A DNA stretch of 64,000 nucleotides, from NCBI GenBank assembly GCA_012295275.1, contig CM022679.1:12710001-12774000 (forward strand). Reading direction: 5' to 3'. The notes below the pieces were generated by a model. That model was given only the letters and a program-made list of their open reading frames with translations, made no database searches and was not told the origin of the DNA. Positions 1-13,996 of the stretch are shown one piece after another. Numbering within the stretch: position 1 is the stretch's first letter; every line of letters begins with the position of its first letter. The translations under genes were made by a program, and so were the position numbers. The stretch is from Chrysomallon squamiferum. Lineage: Eukaryota > Animalia > Mollusca.

Positions 1-1080
1 TAGCAGCCTCAGATCAACAATCTTTTTAACACACGCTATGTACACTAAAATATGATGAGAGCATTTGCTAACCACTTTAACAGTGAATTTTAAATACAGA
101 TATGTAGCATCTTATATACTAGTACCATATGTATATAAATACAAAATAGTGCTCAAACACAGCAGAATAATATACGACATTCTTGATCTTTTAGAATTAA
201 CACAGTATTTTAGATCTTCATAAATATTTCTGAACTTTTATGTTTAACAATAGTGGACAATTGTTTTGAACGAAAATAAAATGTTACTATTATTATTATC
301 ATCATCATTATCATTATTATATTATATGTGTTATGTCCAGTAGTGATTAAATCTTACACAAACATGTATCATCGTTTCTGCTCAATGGTGGATATATGTA
401 TATAGCACTGTAAAATATTTGTCATCTTTCATGACCATTATATACATAATATGGTTTTATACCTATCTTTAATAATATACAAAAAACAAGAATTACTTTT
501 CTTACTGGTCTGTATTCTCAGTAAGCTGTAACTATATTTCTTCAAACAGTTGTAGGCTTTTTTCTTGAAAAATCTAAATATTTCTCTGTACTGCATTATT
601 TAATTTTGATGTTACTTGTAAAGATAATGTGATATATAATTAAATAGAAAAGGTCCCATATGATAAACTATAATCTGCTAGACACTGCACCAAATAATTT
701 TCAGAGGAAAAAAATGATCTGACAAAGAATATGCTTGTGAGAGTCCAATTCAAATATAAAAACATATATTGTTTAAAGATGAGTTAGAAATATGAGTTGA
801 TTTCTGACATTTTAAAAATAGTATTAAAAATGTAATAAAGGTTTCAGATTCAGCATTAAACCTATTTGTGCTTGTTATTTTAATTCTCATTAACAAATTT
901 AATTCCACTTCATGCAGAGATTTAACTTTCTAAAACCAATCTAATCAATTTTTCACTGTTGAAACCTTTTAAAATTATAATGAGATTCTATTTATTCTTG
1001 TATGATAAAAGAACTATCATCAAATTTGAAACTGAGGAATTCTGCAATATTTACCATTAATTTTTTTTTTTTTTTTTACA

Positions 1081-1750
1081 ATTTTCATGTCAAAATAAAT
1101 TGTTAAAAACAATGTATCACTTTAAAGTTATAAATGTTTTTCATGTCAAAATCTGTTTGGTTAATAAAAATATCATTTTTTAAGTTAAAGTTATAATTCT
1201 TTTCAAGTCAAACTCTGTTGGGTTAATAACAATGTATCATTTTTAAGTTAAAGTTATATATTTTTCAAGTCAAAATTTGTTGGGTTAATGTTAGACATTT
1301 TCCAGGCAAAAATACATTTTATACATTTTTCAGAACAAAATCCATTATGGTAGTAAATAAATTTCATTTTTAGGTTAATGTTTACATACTTTTTGGGAAC
1401 AAAATCCATAGTGGTTAATAAAATACAAAGGATAAAGTGTATAATTTTGAAATAACACAATTCATTCAACAAATATGTATAAATGTTTTGGTTAAGGTTT
1501 ATACACTTTTAAGCACAAAATCCTCTTTGTTAGTAAGTGTTTTTTTTCATTTCATTTTCAGGTTAAAATTAAAATACTTTTTAAGAACAAAATCAACTTT
1601 GTTATTAAATAAATATAATTTTTAGGTTAAAATTCATACATTTTTCAGAATTAAATCCGCTTTAACAAATATGTAAAGTTTGGCCTTTTTAAATTCTTCT
1701 TTTTTTTTTAGGCCAATATTTATATATTTTCCACTCCATATGTTAACAAA
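1081..1750. repeat. Degenerate ~60-bp tandem array, about 10 copies, in the presumed 3' UTR of exon B
   Basis: Recurring tttca(t/a)gtcaaa / ttcagaacaaaatcc ... ggttaa motifs at about 1083, 1139, 1201, 1263, 1328, 1393, 1510, 1582, 1643. Confidence 0.7.
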
Positions 1751-1862
1751 TATTTTGTTATCATCTTAAAACAGCTCCAACAGAGGCTGGAGACGTTGTC
1801 TGGTATGCTGTTGGCAAGTGATGCCGATGTTGCTAAAGGGTTGATGGGTGTATGAGGCAGCA

Positions 1863-2015
1863 CTACACAGTGACAACAAACTCGGGGTTTACATAACTGA
1901 AACCAGAGAATTCTGTCTGGTCTAAGTTCATGATAAACAGTTTGTCAGTGGGGGTAAGTTTCGGTGGTTCAGACGTGAACTCCCGGTCAAAGTTGCTAAC
2001 ATCCTTTCTGCTTTT
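1863..2015 (-). CDS. PRKC1: Alternative terminal exon B (PKC betaI/Apl I-like tail): KSRKDVSNFDREFTSEPPKLTPTDKLFIMNLDQTEFSGFSYVNPEFVVTV*
   Basis: ctttttcag acceptor, phase 0, 50 codons then TAG; turn motif LTPTD, hydrophobic motif FSGFSY. Confidence 0.96.
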   Translation of the reverse strand, partial: KSRKDVSNFDREFTSEPPKLTPTDKLFIMNLDQTEFSGFSYVNPEFVVTV

Positions 2016-4290
2016 CTGAAAAAGTGCAAAAGAGGAGATTATTTTAAAAGCAAAATATTTGTTATGTATTAATAAATTGGTGGTGTGTCTTTGTATGTAT
2101 TTACATGTGTCTGTGTGTGTGTGTACAATCAATACAATTAAACAAAAAGTTAATCAAAAAGTTCTAAAAAAGTAATTTCAACAGCAGTATGTTAACATTA
2201 TATTTTTTCTTATCTTCAGAATTAATTAATATATATTTTGTTACATTATGAATTATATGTATGCACATATTTGTAAATGTAGAATAAAATGTTTTAAATC
2301 ATTTTTCTGTTTTACATATTATACATTCATAAAGTAGTTTTTAACCATTTAACTTTAACAAAACTGAAATTAACATAATTCTCTTCATTCAATAATTAAC
2401 ATTGAACTAAAAAATATATTTCAGAAATGTTGCTGTAAAATAGTTTATTGTCATAGGTAATACATTTCTGTACATTTTATGCAGAATAATAAAATAAAAA
2501 AACATAAAAAGATTAAAACTAGTATATTATTATAGTAAAGGTGCATTATTAATATTACAAATGTATAAAAATAACAGCAATTTTATATGAAAATGGCATT
2601 TTACAATAAAACTGAATAATCTTTATAAGCATACCTTCCTCTGTTACAGCCATTTAATTTGAATCATTCATATCCCAAAATTATAATAATTATTAAAAAA
2701 AAAATATGCAAGTCAGTAATCATAAAAATTAAACTGTAATTTTATTAAGATGTTGTATGAATGCTCAGTGTCATCTCTGTAATTTCACATTTCTGAAAAA
2801 GTCATTTTATTTTATCTTAATATTTCAATAATGAAAGAGATATTATCATCATAAGTTAGTCCATCTTCATAATTCCTGTATTTAGAATAATTATAAAATA
2901 AAATACAAGTATTTAAATATATATTTCTGTTAATTACGGTGTATAAAGAAATAGTCTGATTTGTGAATTTTCCAGGTATAACAATATACAATGTACTGAA
3001 GGGTCTTAATAAAGGAGGAATACTGTTTCATCAGTTCAGAAAATCTACTACTTCATGGCTGCCAGAACTGGGGCTGTAGGCGTGGCATTGGCAGTAGCCA
3101 CTGCCCCAATAATCTGACCCATCCAAAGAATTTTTCCACTTTACAAAATTATATTTCTTTTACAAAATGATCTGGGTTCAAATCAGTAATATTAGATTTG
3201 TATATTGACCCAAATAATTAATATACCACTCCGAGACATCTGAAATGATGTGCTAAATAGTCACTGATAAATGACCTTAATTTATATAAAATAGGAACAT
3301 ACTTCATCACATCACTTGCAAATGTTATTTATATTGTCCAGAAGCCATTAAAATCATTTTTGCAGTATCTGCATTCCAAAATTTTCCAGGGCTAGCATGC
3401 CCCTGAATCTCATCAGCTATGTCATAATAAAAATAAAATAAATATGAAGATATGACTGGCTCTTCAGTAATGACAGTGAAAAGCAAGTCATAATCATATT
3501 ATGTCCATATCAATTTTATACCACTGAAGAATAGAGAAATTACATTATGATTTTATAGAACCATCAAAATAAAAAATAATTTTCTTCATAGTTATATTTA
3601 ATACACATTTAGCTGCAAGATAAATTACCACAAAAATAAAAACAAAATTGAGAAATTTTGTGAAAATATATGAAAGATATATTTTTAATGTTCATAATTT
3701 CACACACAAGACAAAAAATGAATTTTGTTAAAAATGTGAACACAATTCTTAGATTATGTTATCACCACTTGATGTGACAAAATAAATAAATAAATAAACA
3801 CAAAAATAAATAAATAAATAAATACATAGAAATAAAGAAAGAAAGAAAGAAAGAAAGAAAACAATGTGAAATAAAATAATATAAAACAGTAATTTCCAAC
3901 AAACATATCAGAAGACTCCATTAAAAATAGCCAAAGATTTTTTTTGTTTATTCATAACAGACAAATATATTTTACTCTATCTATCCTTTTTTTTTAAAGA
4001 AAAATAATTTAAAAAAAAACTTACCTGTTCTTTTAACAATAGGTACTTTCTGTTACATTGCATTTTCAGTAAGATTTTATTTATATACTGTACAAACATT
4101 ATGATGAGAAATTGACAATAACCAAGACAACATTTATATTATAACTGGTAACAAACTTTGTTAATAATAAAGTTTGACAATAATATAAAAACAAATTATA
4201 GAGTAGTATGAAAGCTAGTTTTTAACTGTAATTTTGCAATTTAGCTTTTGCAGATGGATATTCTAAATACACTGTATATGCTGCCTACTG

Positions 4291-4683
4291 ACTTTTATAC
4301 AGGTCTTTCAGTCAGTGATTATTAATAATAAACTTTTATACAGGTCTTTCAGTCAGTGATTAATAATAATAAACTTTTATACAGGTCTTTCAGTCAGTGA
4401 TTATTAATAATAAACTTTTATACAGGTCTTTCAGTCAGTGATTATTAATAATAAATTTGTATACAGGTCTTTCAGTCAGTGATTATTAATAATAAACTTT
4501 TATACAGGTCTTTCAGTCAGTGATTATTAATAATAAACTTTTATACAGGTCTTTCAGTCAGTGATTATTAATCAGTGATTATTAATAATAAACTTTTATA
4601 CAGGTCTTTCAGTCAGTGATTATTAATAATAAACTTTTATACAGGTCTTTCAGTCAGAGATTATTAATAATAAACTTTTATAA
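4291..4683. repeat. 41-bp minisatellite, about 9 near-identical copies
   Basis: Unit acttttatacaggtctttcagtcagtgattattaataataa repeated head to tail. Confidence 0.95.
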
Positions 4684-4839
4684 TAAAAATAACAACAAGC
4701 TGAATGGGTTCCACCAAGGCCGATTTTTTTATTTTTTATTATTTTTTTTATTTGTGTTGTTAAAAACATGGAAATAAACAAAATCCCTGACAGAAATAGG
4801 ATACAAAAATGTAATAGTTATCATTTCCATGAAAGGTAT

Positions 4840-4845
<6 letters not shown>

Positions 4846-4928
<83 letters not shown>

Positions 4929-4941
4929 ATATATATATGTT

Positions 4942-4972
<31 letters not shown>

Positions 4973-4989
4973 ACACACACAAACAAACA

Positions 4990-5032
<43 letters not shown>

Positions 5033-5050
5033 GTATGTACACACACATAC
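4846..5050. repeat. Compound (TA)n/(CA)n microsatellite
   Basis: Direct reading. Confidence 0.95.
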
Positions 5051-5793
5051 ATAAACTCAAGGCAAGATTTCAGTATTATTTAAATTTTGATTGAGTTAAT
5101 CACAGGTATTAAACATTACAACTATCTGACAGATAGATTTACTTAACCAAAATCATCTAAAAATGTCACAAATACAAAAACAGTTAAATACATTAAAGAA
5201 TTTATTATTCGTTGCAGAATTCAATTATATATTTTTTGGCACAATTTAATTCTAATGCTAAATTTTCACTATTTTTTATAAATTTGATTAATGTTATTAG
5301 AAAATTAAAATATATATAAAAATATTTAAAATACTTGAATATAGTAAAATATTTTGAAACATTTTTCAAACTGTAAATAAATATATTACATTATGTTTAT
5401 ATGACATGTATGAATTTCTGGAATTTTAAAACAATATAAAAATTGTTAAATTATATAAATACCACTAAACAATGCATCAGTCTGGACTCTTTTGGGGGGA
5501 ATTCTGGAGATATGTATACAACATTTTGAACAATACAGTTTACAGCACCATTAACATTCCAAAACAAATTTAAAAAAATAGTAGAAAATAATTCTAAAAG
5601 GCATTTAATTGAAATATATTTCAGAGAAAATCTCATTGATGAGAAAAAAAATTCTGCTGTATATATACGGTTCATATGCTTATGAACATCATTAAACCAC
5701 TGCATTGTTTGAGGTATTTGAAACAAAATATCAGTGGATCATCAACAGAGTATATAACCATTCTAACAAGAGCTCCATTAAAAAAATATCAAG

Positions 5794-5842
<49 letters not shown>

Positions 5843-6117
5843 TATAAAAGTCAATATCTAAAAATTGTTTATAACAATTGTCCTTTCTGAAAAGCATAAT
5901 CTATGGCTAAATTCGAAATTGTTATTTTTAATTTAATATTTTGAATTTTGTACTCTTTTATATATATTGTATATTTTTTGTTTTATTTGTATGCCAAATA
6001 TCAAACACAAAAGATATGACAGAGTAACTTCTTCATACATTTGGTTCAAAACGGATCTATCATTTGTAATGCTTTAAATAATAATAATCATAACAGTAAC
6101 AATAATAATAATTTTTT

Positions 6118-6155
<38 letters not shown>

Positions 6156-7332
6156 GTTTTAAAAACGAAAAGACAAATTTGTAACACAATTCCTAGCTAA
6201 CTACTATTTCAGTTCAATTCATTCCTTTCAAAAAAGTTATCACTCATACACACAAGAGTTAAAATGTATATATAAAAAAATATTTACAATTTATTTCACA
6301 AGATCTGTCAATAGCCTTGAGCATTTTATTTACATGTTTGTTGTATTAAATATACTTAATGTAGCACTGGAGGGAATAAAACACAGAAAAAACATTTTCA
6401 CACATAAATGTAATGAAATCTTGCATAATTTTAAAAGGTGGAATTCTAGGCTTGTGAAATGTTATAAGAGAACAGCAAAATTATAGAAATAAATAAATAA
6501 TAGAAATAAATAACGAAATAATAGAAATAATAAGAAGAAGAAAAAGAAGAAGAAAAAAGAAACAACACATAAAACACTAGCTTAGAAAAATATTGATATC
6601 TAAATTATTAAAAATTATAAAAACAGATAGAATAGCTATATAAAACTGTCTTCTTTTTTGCTTCATACTGATGTAAGTAGATATCAGTAATATACTACAA
6701 TATATAAATAACCTTTTTCTCAGTTTACTAAAATATAAATTGCAGTTAGTAATAATCTAATTACTATTTTCATAATTATTACATAAAATCAGTTGACAAA
6801 ATATTTTTAACAGTATCAAAAAGAATTTACATCAGAAAACCAATCCCATCTATGAAACTGTCAGATTTTGTTATATATGTTTTGATAATGTACATTATTT
6901 CCAAAATTAAATAGATATCTCATTACCCTTAAATCTAAATTTTACCAGTTTTGAAGTCAAAACACTTACATATTTATTTAATAGTCTGGTCAGAAGATTT
7001 TTTAAAAACATTTAATAATGCAAATTTAATTGTAATGTGCTATTAAAATACATTTAATATCTTATCAGTATTATAATGTAAGTATTTATAATGTTATTAT
7101 CAATTTCTTTGCTTAACAAATACTTTAAATATAAATATTTAAAAGAAATATAAAATAACATAGAGCCACTGTATTACTGGATAATAGTGATAATGAAATA
7201 TAATAACTTTAGAAAAGTTGTAATAATAATAATAATAATAATAATACTGGAAGCACTATCTTCTAATAATCGTAATTATTATATCAATAACAGCAGTTGA
7301 GGTGCTAACTAACTAACTGAAGCATAGTGCTG

Positions 7333-7463
<131 letters not shown>

Positions 7464-8842
7464 AAAATAACATGACCAGTCACCAAACTAATAATATTCT
7501 CTACTGCATATAGTCTACATTTTTTGCATGTCTGATTTAGTACTACTATATTTTAAGTTAATAGTATGTGTTACCAATCGCACTATATTTTATACATAAT
7601 CACCAAAAACCAAAACACAATGTTAAGATAAAAAAAAAACCAGCAAAATAAAAGTATGTAGATATATATTTAAAAAAAGGCAATATTCGATGGCACTTAA
7701 AAGAATATAAATAAATATAAAAACAGAGAAAGTGAGAGAGGCAGAGAGAGAGAGAGAAATCATTGGCACAAAATGTTTACACAGACTAAGCCTGCAAACA
7801 AAATAATTCTAGATGTACATGAAATTTCATATAAAAATAATGGTAATTATAAAAATCAATTTTATAAATTTTATATTATAGGTGGGTATTTCGTATTTTA
7901 ATTTTTGCATATCAGGAAGTAAAATCACAGTTAAAGTTTGACAAACATAGTTCCATGTTTTACATTCATCACTAATTCTATTTTGATTATTTACTATATT
8001 TAAATATACATGATTTCTGAAATGTAGCAAAAACATAAACAACAATCTTTAATACTTACAATAAATTTATCACAATATAATATTTTATAATAAAAATATT
8101 TAAAAATTAAAAAAACCCCACTAAAAACCCAACAACAGTCTGCTGTGAATTTTTCAGTCTTACTTTGACAGATACAAATTTCAAAGGGTTATAATTTTAT
8201 TTACTCTTTTGTCCAGGTATGAACAAACATCCTCTAAACAAATTACCATGTGACAAATAATTTTTCAATAACTGAAAAGCAATATAAATGCTATTCCTTT
8301 TTGATTTACAGAAATAACTTTAATTTAAAAATATACATATTTTTAATAGAAAAATATCTAAAATATCTTTTACATAATGTAATTTATCTTATGAACAAAT
8401 TATCTTACTGACTGAAATAACTTTACAGTATCTAAATATGCAAATATATTAATTTACTTACACTACAGTTATTATATAACATGTGACAACTCTAATAATA
8501 TAAAAATAATATAAATAAATTTGTAAATGCCACCAGATTCAATCAGATACAAAAATTGTAAGCTGAAAAGAATGACATGCTGTTAAAAACAAGTAATCAT
8601 ATTATCACAGCACTAATTTACATAATATGATGTGAGTTAGAACGGGCAAAGCAGCATCATAAGGTGTGTTAGAAAATGAGGGTAATGGCAGGCATGTATA
8701 TAGAATTCTTACGGCTATAATTGTTTTGTAAAAAAGCAGGTGTTAGAATAAAAAAACACCAGCAGCTACCTTTATGTTTTCTAATTTTTAAATTGTTTTG
8801 AACAATAGAGGAGAGAGAAGTAAAAAAATGAAGAAAACAAAC

Positions 8843-8866
8843 CGGGTATCTGCTGTCATTCCTGTC
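8843..8866 (-). CDS. Candidate 24-nt microexon DRNDSRYP between the two terminal exons
   Basis: Long pyrimidine-rich, AG-free upstream tract, taaag acceptor, CCG|gtttgt donor, stop-free in phase 0; splice-signal evidence only. Confidence 0.4.
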
Positions 8867-10483
8867 CTTTAAAGAAGAGACAAAAACACAAAAACAAATT
8901 GACAGAGAACCAAGCAAACATTAACATGTCAGGTAAAAAAAACAAAAAAAAACATGTCCACAATGCAAAAAAATCATGAACGACAGCTATCAGTGAAGGC
9001 AATCAAGAAGAACATAAATGCACTGTTAAATGAATGAAATAAAATAAAACAAAATGAAATAAAATACAAAAAGTTAAATAAATAAAAAAACAAAGTAATT
9101 TTAAAAACAACAGAAAGAACAACAAAAGGTCACTTGTCATACAAAAATAAAACAAATTATTCCATCATGAGTTGTGAGGTCTGGTTTGATTTCCTTGGTT
9201 CAATAAATTAGTTTATTAATTATCAGTTTATACATTTTGAAAAGGTGTGTTCTGTATTAATCTATTCTAAACAAATGCCTATTTTGTTGTTGTTGTTGTT
9301 GTTGTTGTTGTTGCTGTTTCTTTGTTTTTAAGAAAATAATGTCATTAAAAATGGAACTTTTCTTATTACTTATTCATCTAAGATCTTATTCCAAGCATTA
9401 CATTATATGAAAAAAACAAAAACAATTGCTTTTACACTTCTTTTTTTAGAAAGAGATATTTTGTTCTGTTATTGTTTTATTTAAATCTCTTAAAATTAGT
9501 AACATTAAACTGAGTGAAAATCAATGATTCTTTTTAAAATATAATATATATATATATATATATATATTATTTCAGATGGTAGTTGAAATTTTGGAGAAAA
9601 AAAGAGTATTTATATTACATTATAGATGAAATAATGAATTAGTTTGTAAGCAGCACTATTCTGTATTTCTTTTTATAATAGGCTGACATTAAGTGATGAT
9701 AAAGAATTTCCACAAGAGTGACAGAAATTTTTTAATTTATAAACCTTAAACATTTAAGTGATTTAAAGATATATACATATCTATTTTTGGGGTTTTCTGA
9801 ATTTAAATAATTTCTTTTTAATAAATTAATTTGAATTTTGTTATATTTTTTTATTTTTATATATTTTTTTGTCTTAATGTTAAAATTAACATAATCCCAA
9901 ATTTACTTCATTAAACAAGAAGAAATGTTAAATGTTCTGACAGTTAGATGCAAAAATGCATGTGCATGCATGTCTAGAAAACTGGATGCAATAATTATTT
10001 TAAAATATATGCACATAAATTTGTCTTTTAGATTTACCAAAACAGATATCCATAAATTTCGTATTTTTAAAAATTATTATTATTATTAATTACTATTATT
10101 ATCACTGATATTTGTGAAAATTAAAAGTACATGATATTTAATACTCAGGCAATGAAGCTGATTATAATTGCTTTACAGTGTATTAATGAAACCAAACACT
10201 ACACCAAAAATGTATGAAGCATATGTTAAGCTTAATACTAATTCTATATATATAAATAAATTCTATTTTTATTTATTCCAAGCCCTCGCAACTAGAAAAA
10301 ATTAGTTTTTAAATTAAAATGCTAATATTAATAATAACACTGATAAGTATAATAAGACATACCGTCAATAATAATAACAGTGATAATTATAATAATAGAT
10401 AAAATTAACAGCAGGTGACACAATTTGCTAAAATGGAATCTAACTTTCCTAGAAGAATTCTGACTAAACATTTTATAATTTCA

Positions 10484-10530
<47 letters not shown>

Positions 10531-11055
10531 TAATTATGTTATTATTAACAAGAATAATTTCTGCATATCATGGGATTCTTTTCTGGCTGTTTTGTTTGTG
10601 ATTATCACTGAAAACTGGAGGACCATTTCTTAATAAAGTGTCATACTGTTTATACTGCTTTTTTTAATACCTAATTATGTTTGTCATTCCACAAGAAATG
10701 CATTCATGCCTTTTTACTGTTTTTCTAAATTATATATTTATTATTAACATTAATTCTATATCATTACTGTTTTTATTACTATAGACTGTACTATTATTAG
10801 TAGTAACATTAGAATTCATTTTATTATTATTATTAAATATTTTAATTTTTACAGTTTTTTTTCTTCTTCTTTTTTTTTTTTTGTCTTCTAGTGCATATAA
10901 ATGAGAATGAATTAGTTTCAAAATGTTCTTGTAAAACAATTAAATAAATAAATAAATAAATAAAGAATTAATAATAATAATAATAATGGTAGATCTATGA
11001 GGGCTACAAGCAGAGTGAAAAGAAACCAAACAAGACCACTGACTCATAACAGGTG

Positions 11056-11202
11056 CTAAAGATTGAAATAAGGATTGACGTAAGAAAAGCTTGTAAATGC
11101 ATCATCGTCTAAATTCATGATGATTAGACTGTCGATGGGAGTCAGTTTCACTGGCACACGAGTGAAAATCTTGTCAAAGTTCTCCGCCTTTTTGGGGTCA
11201 GT
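11056..11202 (-). CDS. PRKC1: Alternative terminal exon A (PKC alpha/betaII-like tail): TDPKKAENFDKIFTRVPVKLTPIDSLIIMNLDDDAFTSFSYVNPYFNL*
   Basis: catttcacacttgcag acceptor, phase 0, 48 codons then TAG; intact NFD motif, turn-motif TP and hydrophobic motif FTSFSY. Confidence 0.9.
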   Translation of the reverse strand, partial: TDPKKAENFDKIFTRVPVKLTPIDSLIIMNLDDDAFTSFSYVNPYFNL

Positions 11203-11825
11203 CTGCAAGTGTGAAATGAAAATAATACACAACATTTAAATAAAAAAAAAAATAACCAAAAAAAAAATAAAAAAAAAAAAAAAAATTAATATGAAAAGCA
11301 GGACTGACGGAGACACAAAAAAGTAAAAAAAAAAAAAAATAAAAAATAAAAATGTGTCAAGTTGGAAAAGGTTTTTTTTTTTTTTTTTAAAAGATTTAAA
11401 AAAATATGTTGGTGTGAAGAATGATCATTTTGCTTTTTAAATTCTTCATTTACATCCTCCATCACCACCTCCACCATTTCAGTAGAAAAATAATGAATGT
11501 AAAAAGAGATATTCAGCAAATTCTAATTTATTTTTAAGAGAATTTAATTTTTTTTTTTTTTTTGTTTCACAACGTAAATTAGGAGAGTCTTGCGATATGT
11601 TCTGTAAATTAATTACTTTGAAATTTTTGTAACTGACATTCAGTTACGAATTAAATTATAATTCATTATTTTAAAAATTACACAAATATACTGAACAAAT
11701 TGGTATTCAAATCAATCAGGAGAATAACTGAAATGTTTGATCCACAGTATTATTTTTTTTTTTTTGTCATTTCATCTGTCCTTGTGATAGTTTTTTTCTT
11801 TTTGTATGAAATAATAAGCAATGTT

Positions 11826-12350
11826 AATCTATTTATTTGTTTGTTTTTTTACATGGTTATTGTTTTGTTCATTTGTTTACTTATTTACTTATTTGTTTAT
11901 GCATTTATTAATTGGAGTTTATTTATTTATTTATTTTATTTATTTGTTTTTTTACATGGTTATTGTTTTGTTCATTTGTTTACTTATTTACTTATTTGTT
12001 TATGCATTTATTAATTGGAGTTTATTTATTTATTTATTTTATTTATTTGTTTGTTTTTTTACATGGTTATTGTTTTGTTCATTTGTTTACTTATTTACTT
12101 ATTTGTTTATGCATTTATTAATTGGAGTTTATTTATTTATTTATTTATTTTATTTATTTGTTTATTTGTTTGTTTGTTTACATATTTATTTACTTATTTA
12201 TTTATTTATTTATTTGTATATTTATTTATTTTATTTATTTGTTTATTTGTTTCTTCTTTACATTTTATTTACTTATTTATTTATTTATTTGTTTATATAT
12301 TTATTCACTTGTGTTTATTTATTTGCTTATTTATTTATTTTTTCTTATTT
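11826..12350. repeat. Three ~105-bp tandem copies grading into degenerate (ATTT)n
   Basis: acatggttattgttttgttcatttgtttac recurs at 11851, 11954 and 12061. Confidence 0.9.
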
Positions 12351-12490
12351 AATTTATAATGACAAAGTAGCTAAGGATATCTGCAAAATTAACAGGTTAA
12401 AATACTTAATATTTTATTTCTAATACTTGATCAATTTGTTTAAAAAAATATATTTTCTGTCCTGATTTTGTTTGTTACTTTAATACCACA

Positions 12491-12521
<31 letters not shown>

Positions 12522-12626
12522 AAATATTTAAGACAATAATTCACAATATTAAATACATAACAGAAATCAAAATTCAAAATAAATACACCAAAAACCAACA
12601 ACACCATATTTTACAGTAAAAAGTGA

Positions 12627-12675
<49 letters not shown>

Positions 12676-13145
12676 AAGATCGTGCTTTTTATTATTGACA
12701 GAAATAAAACTATAAATGTCTTTTGGACAAGACAATATTATCTTTAATTTTTTTAATTTCTCTCATCTCTCCTGACTAAGTTCTGGTGTCTGGAAGGCAA
12801 ATTCATTTTCTGCTTTCACAGAGCATCTCTGGTGATTGACTGTTTGTGATAAAACACGTTTGGTTTTTATAAATGGAATGAAAAAAAAAAAATGATATTA
12901 GCATTTGCAGTTTGGTTTTACTCAGGATATTATGCAATGAGGTAGGACATAAGTTACTGCATATAAGGCTGGACATGTGAAGTATTAGGTTTTGAGGCAT
13001 ATGACATGAGGGGTTCACATAAAAAGTATTACATTATGAGACTCTGCAAATGAGGTATTATATATTACAGGATACTGTATGAGCATGAAAAATGATATGT
13101 TATGGGTGACTGTATATTTCAAATGAGATGTGTTGTGAAACTTAC

Positions 13146-13286
13146 TATTTTAGGTTTATACGGAGGCTGGATCTCCAGACCTTCGATCTTCTCCCAGACA
13201 ATTCTCCTGAAGAAAGCATGGTCTTTGATATCTCTCTCCCCTGTTGCATTACAACCAAGTCGCTTCGATGGATTCTTTGTCAGCAG
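13146..13286 (-). CDS. PRKC1: cPKC last common exon: [47 protein letters not shown], 141 bp
   Basis: ttttag acceptor, gtaagt donor, PPxKP motif at the start of the AGC tail. Confidence 0.96.
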
Positions 13287-13701
13287 CTAAAACAACAGAT
13301 AACACACTAAATAATGTGATTATCACCTAATATAACATAAAGATACACATAGAAACCCCAAGCATTCACACACACAAACATTCATGAACACACACACACA
13401 CACATCACACACAAACACCACATACACCCAATAACAGGCAACCAGCAATATACAGAAAAACAGCAACATAAGTACACATGCACACATACAAACAATAATG
13501 GCCACACACCTACATAAACAGAAACAAACAGAAACACATACCCACACAATAATTCTGATCAGTGCATTTGAAGACAGATGAATACATATTATTATTATTA
13601 TTATGCAATCTTTAGAAATATTGAAGAAATTCTAAAGTTTCTATCAGTTTACTATAACTGAAAAGGATAATATATATTGATGTACTTGAATTAATACAAA
13701 C

Positions 13702-13809
13702 CCCTTTACATATGGAAACAGCTTCTCTTGACATTGATTTAGGGTAAGACACATTGTGGTCTGTGATGGATGTGAACAGTTCTTCTTCATCTTCACCATC
13801 AAAAGGTGG
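13702..13809 (-). CDS. PRKC1: cPKC kinase exon: [36 protein letters not shown], 108 bp
   Basis: ttacag acceptor, GGG|gtttgt donor. Confidence 0.95.
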
Positions 13810-13916
13810 CTGTAATGTGAAACAAATAATTCATTTTAATTTAATCTGCTCTTTGTCTTTATCAATCTTTGTAGTTACTTTTCTCTGTCACACAACACAC
13901 ACACACATTCTCATTC

Positions 13917-13920
<4 letters not shown>

Positions 13921-13993
<73 letters not shown>
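13921..13993. repeat. (CT)n microsatellite
   Basis: Direct reading. Confidence 0.95.

Positions 13994-13996
<3 letters not shown>

Noticed and set aside
3060-3420. Possible MITE remnant with GC-rich patches at both ends
   Set aside because: No clear terminal inverted repeats or target-site duplication could be delimited
4025-4049. Strong minus-strand donor CAG|gtaagt at 4024 with a possible 25-nt exon
   Set aside because: Poor pyrimidine tract and frame-shifting length; probably chance
4291-4683. 41-bp array (and the 25-bp array at 61638-61942) as CRISPR-like arrays
   Set aside because: Units are contiguous with no unique spacers, there are no cas genes, and the context is a eukaryotic intron
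11700-12423. Overlapping ORFs up to 200 aa rich in F/I/Y/L, resembling membrane proteins
   Set aside because: Translations of (ATTT)n-derived repeats
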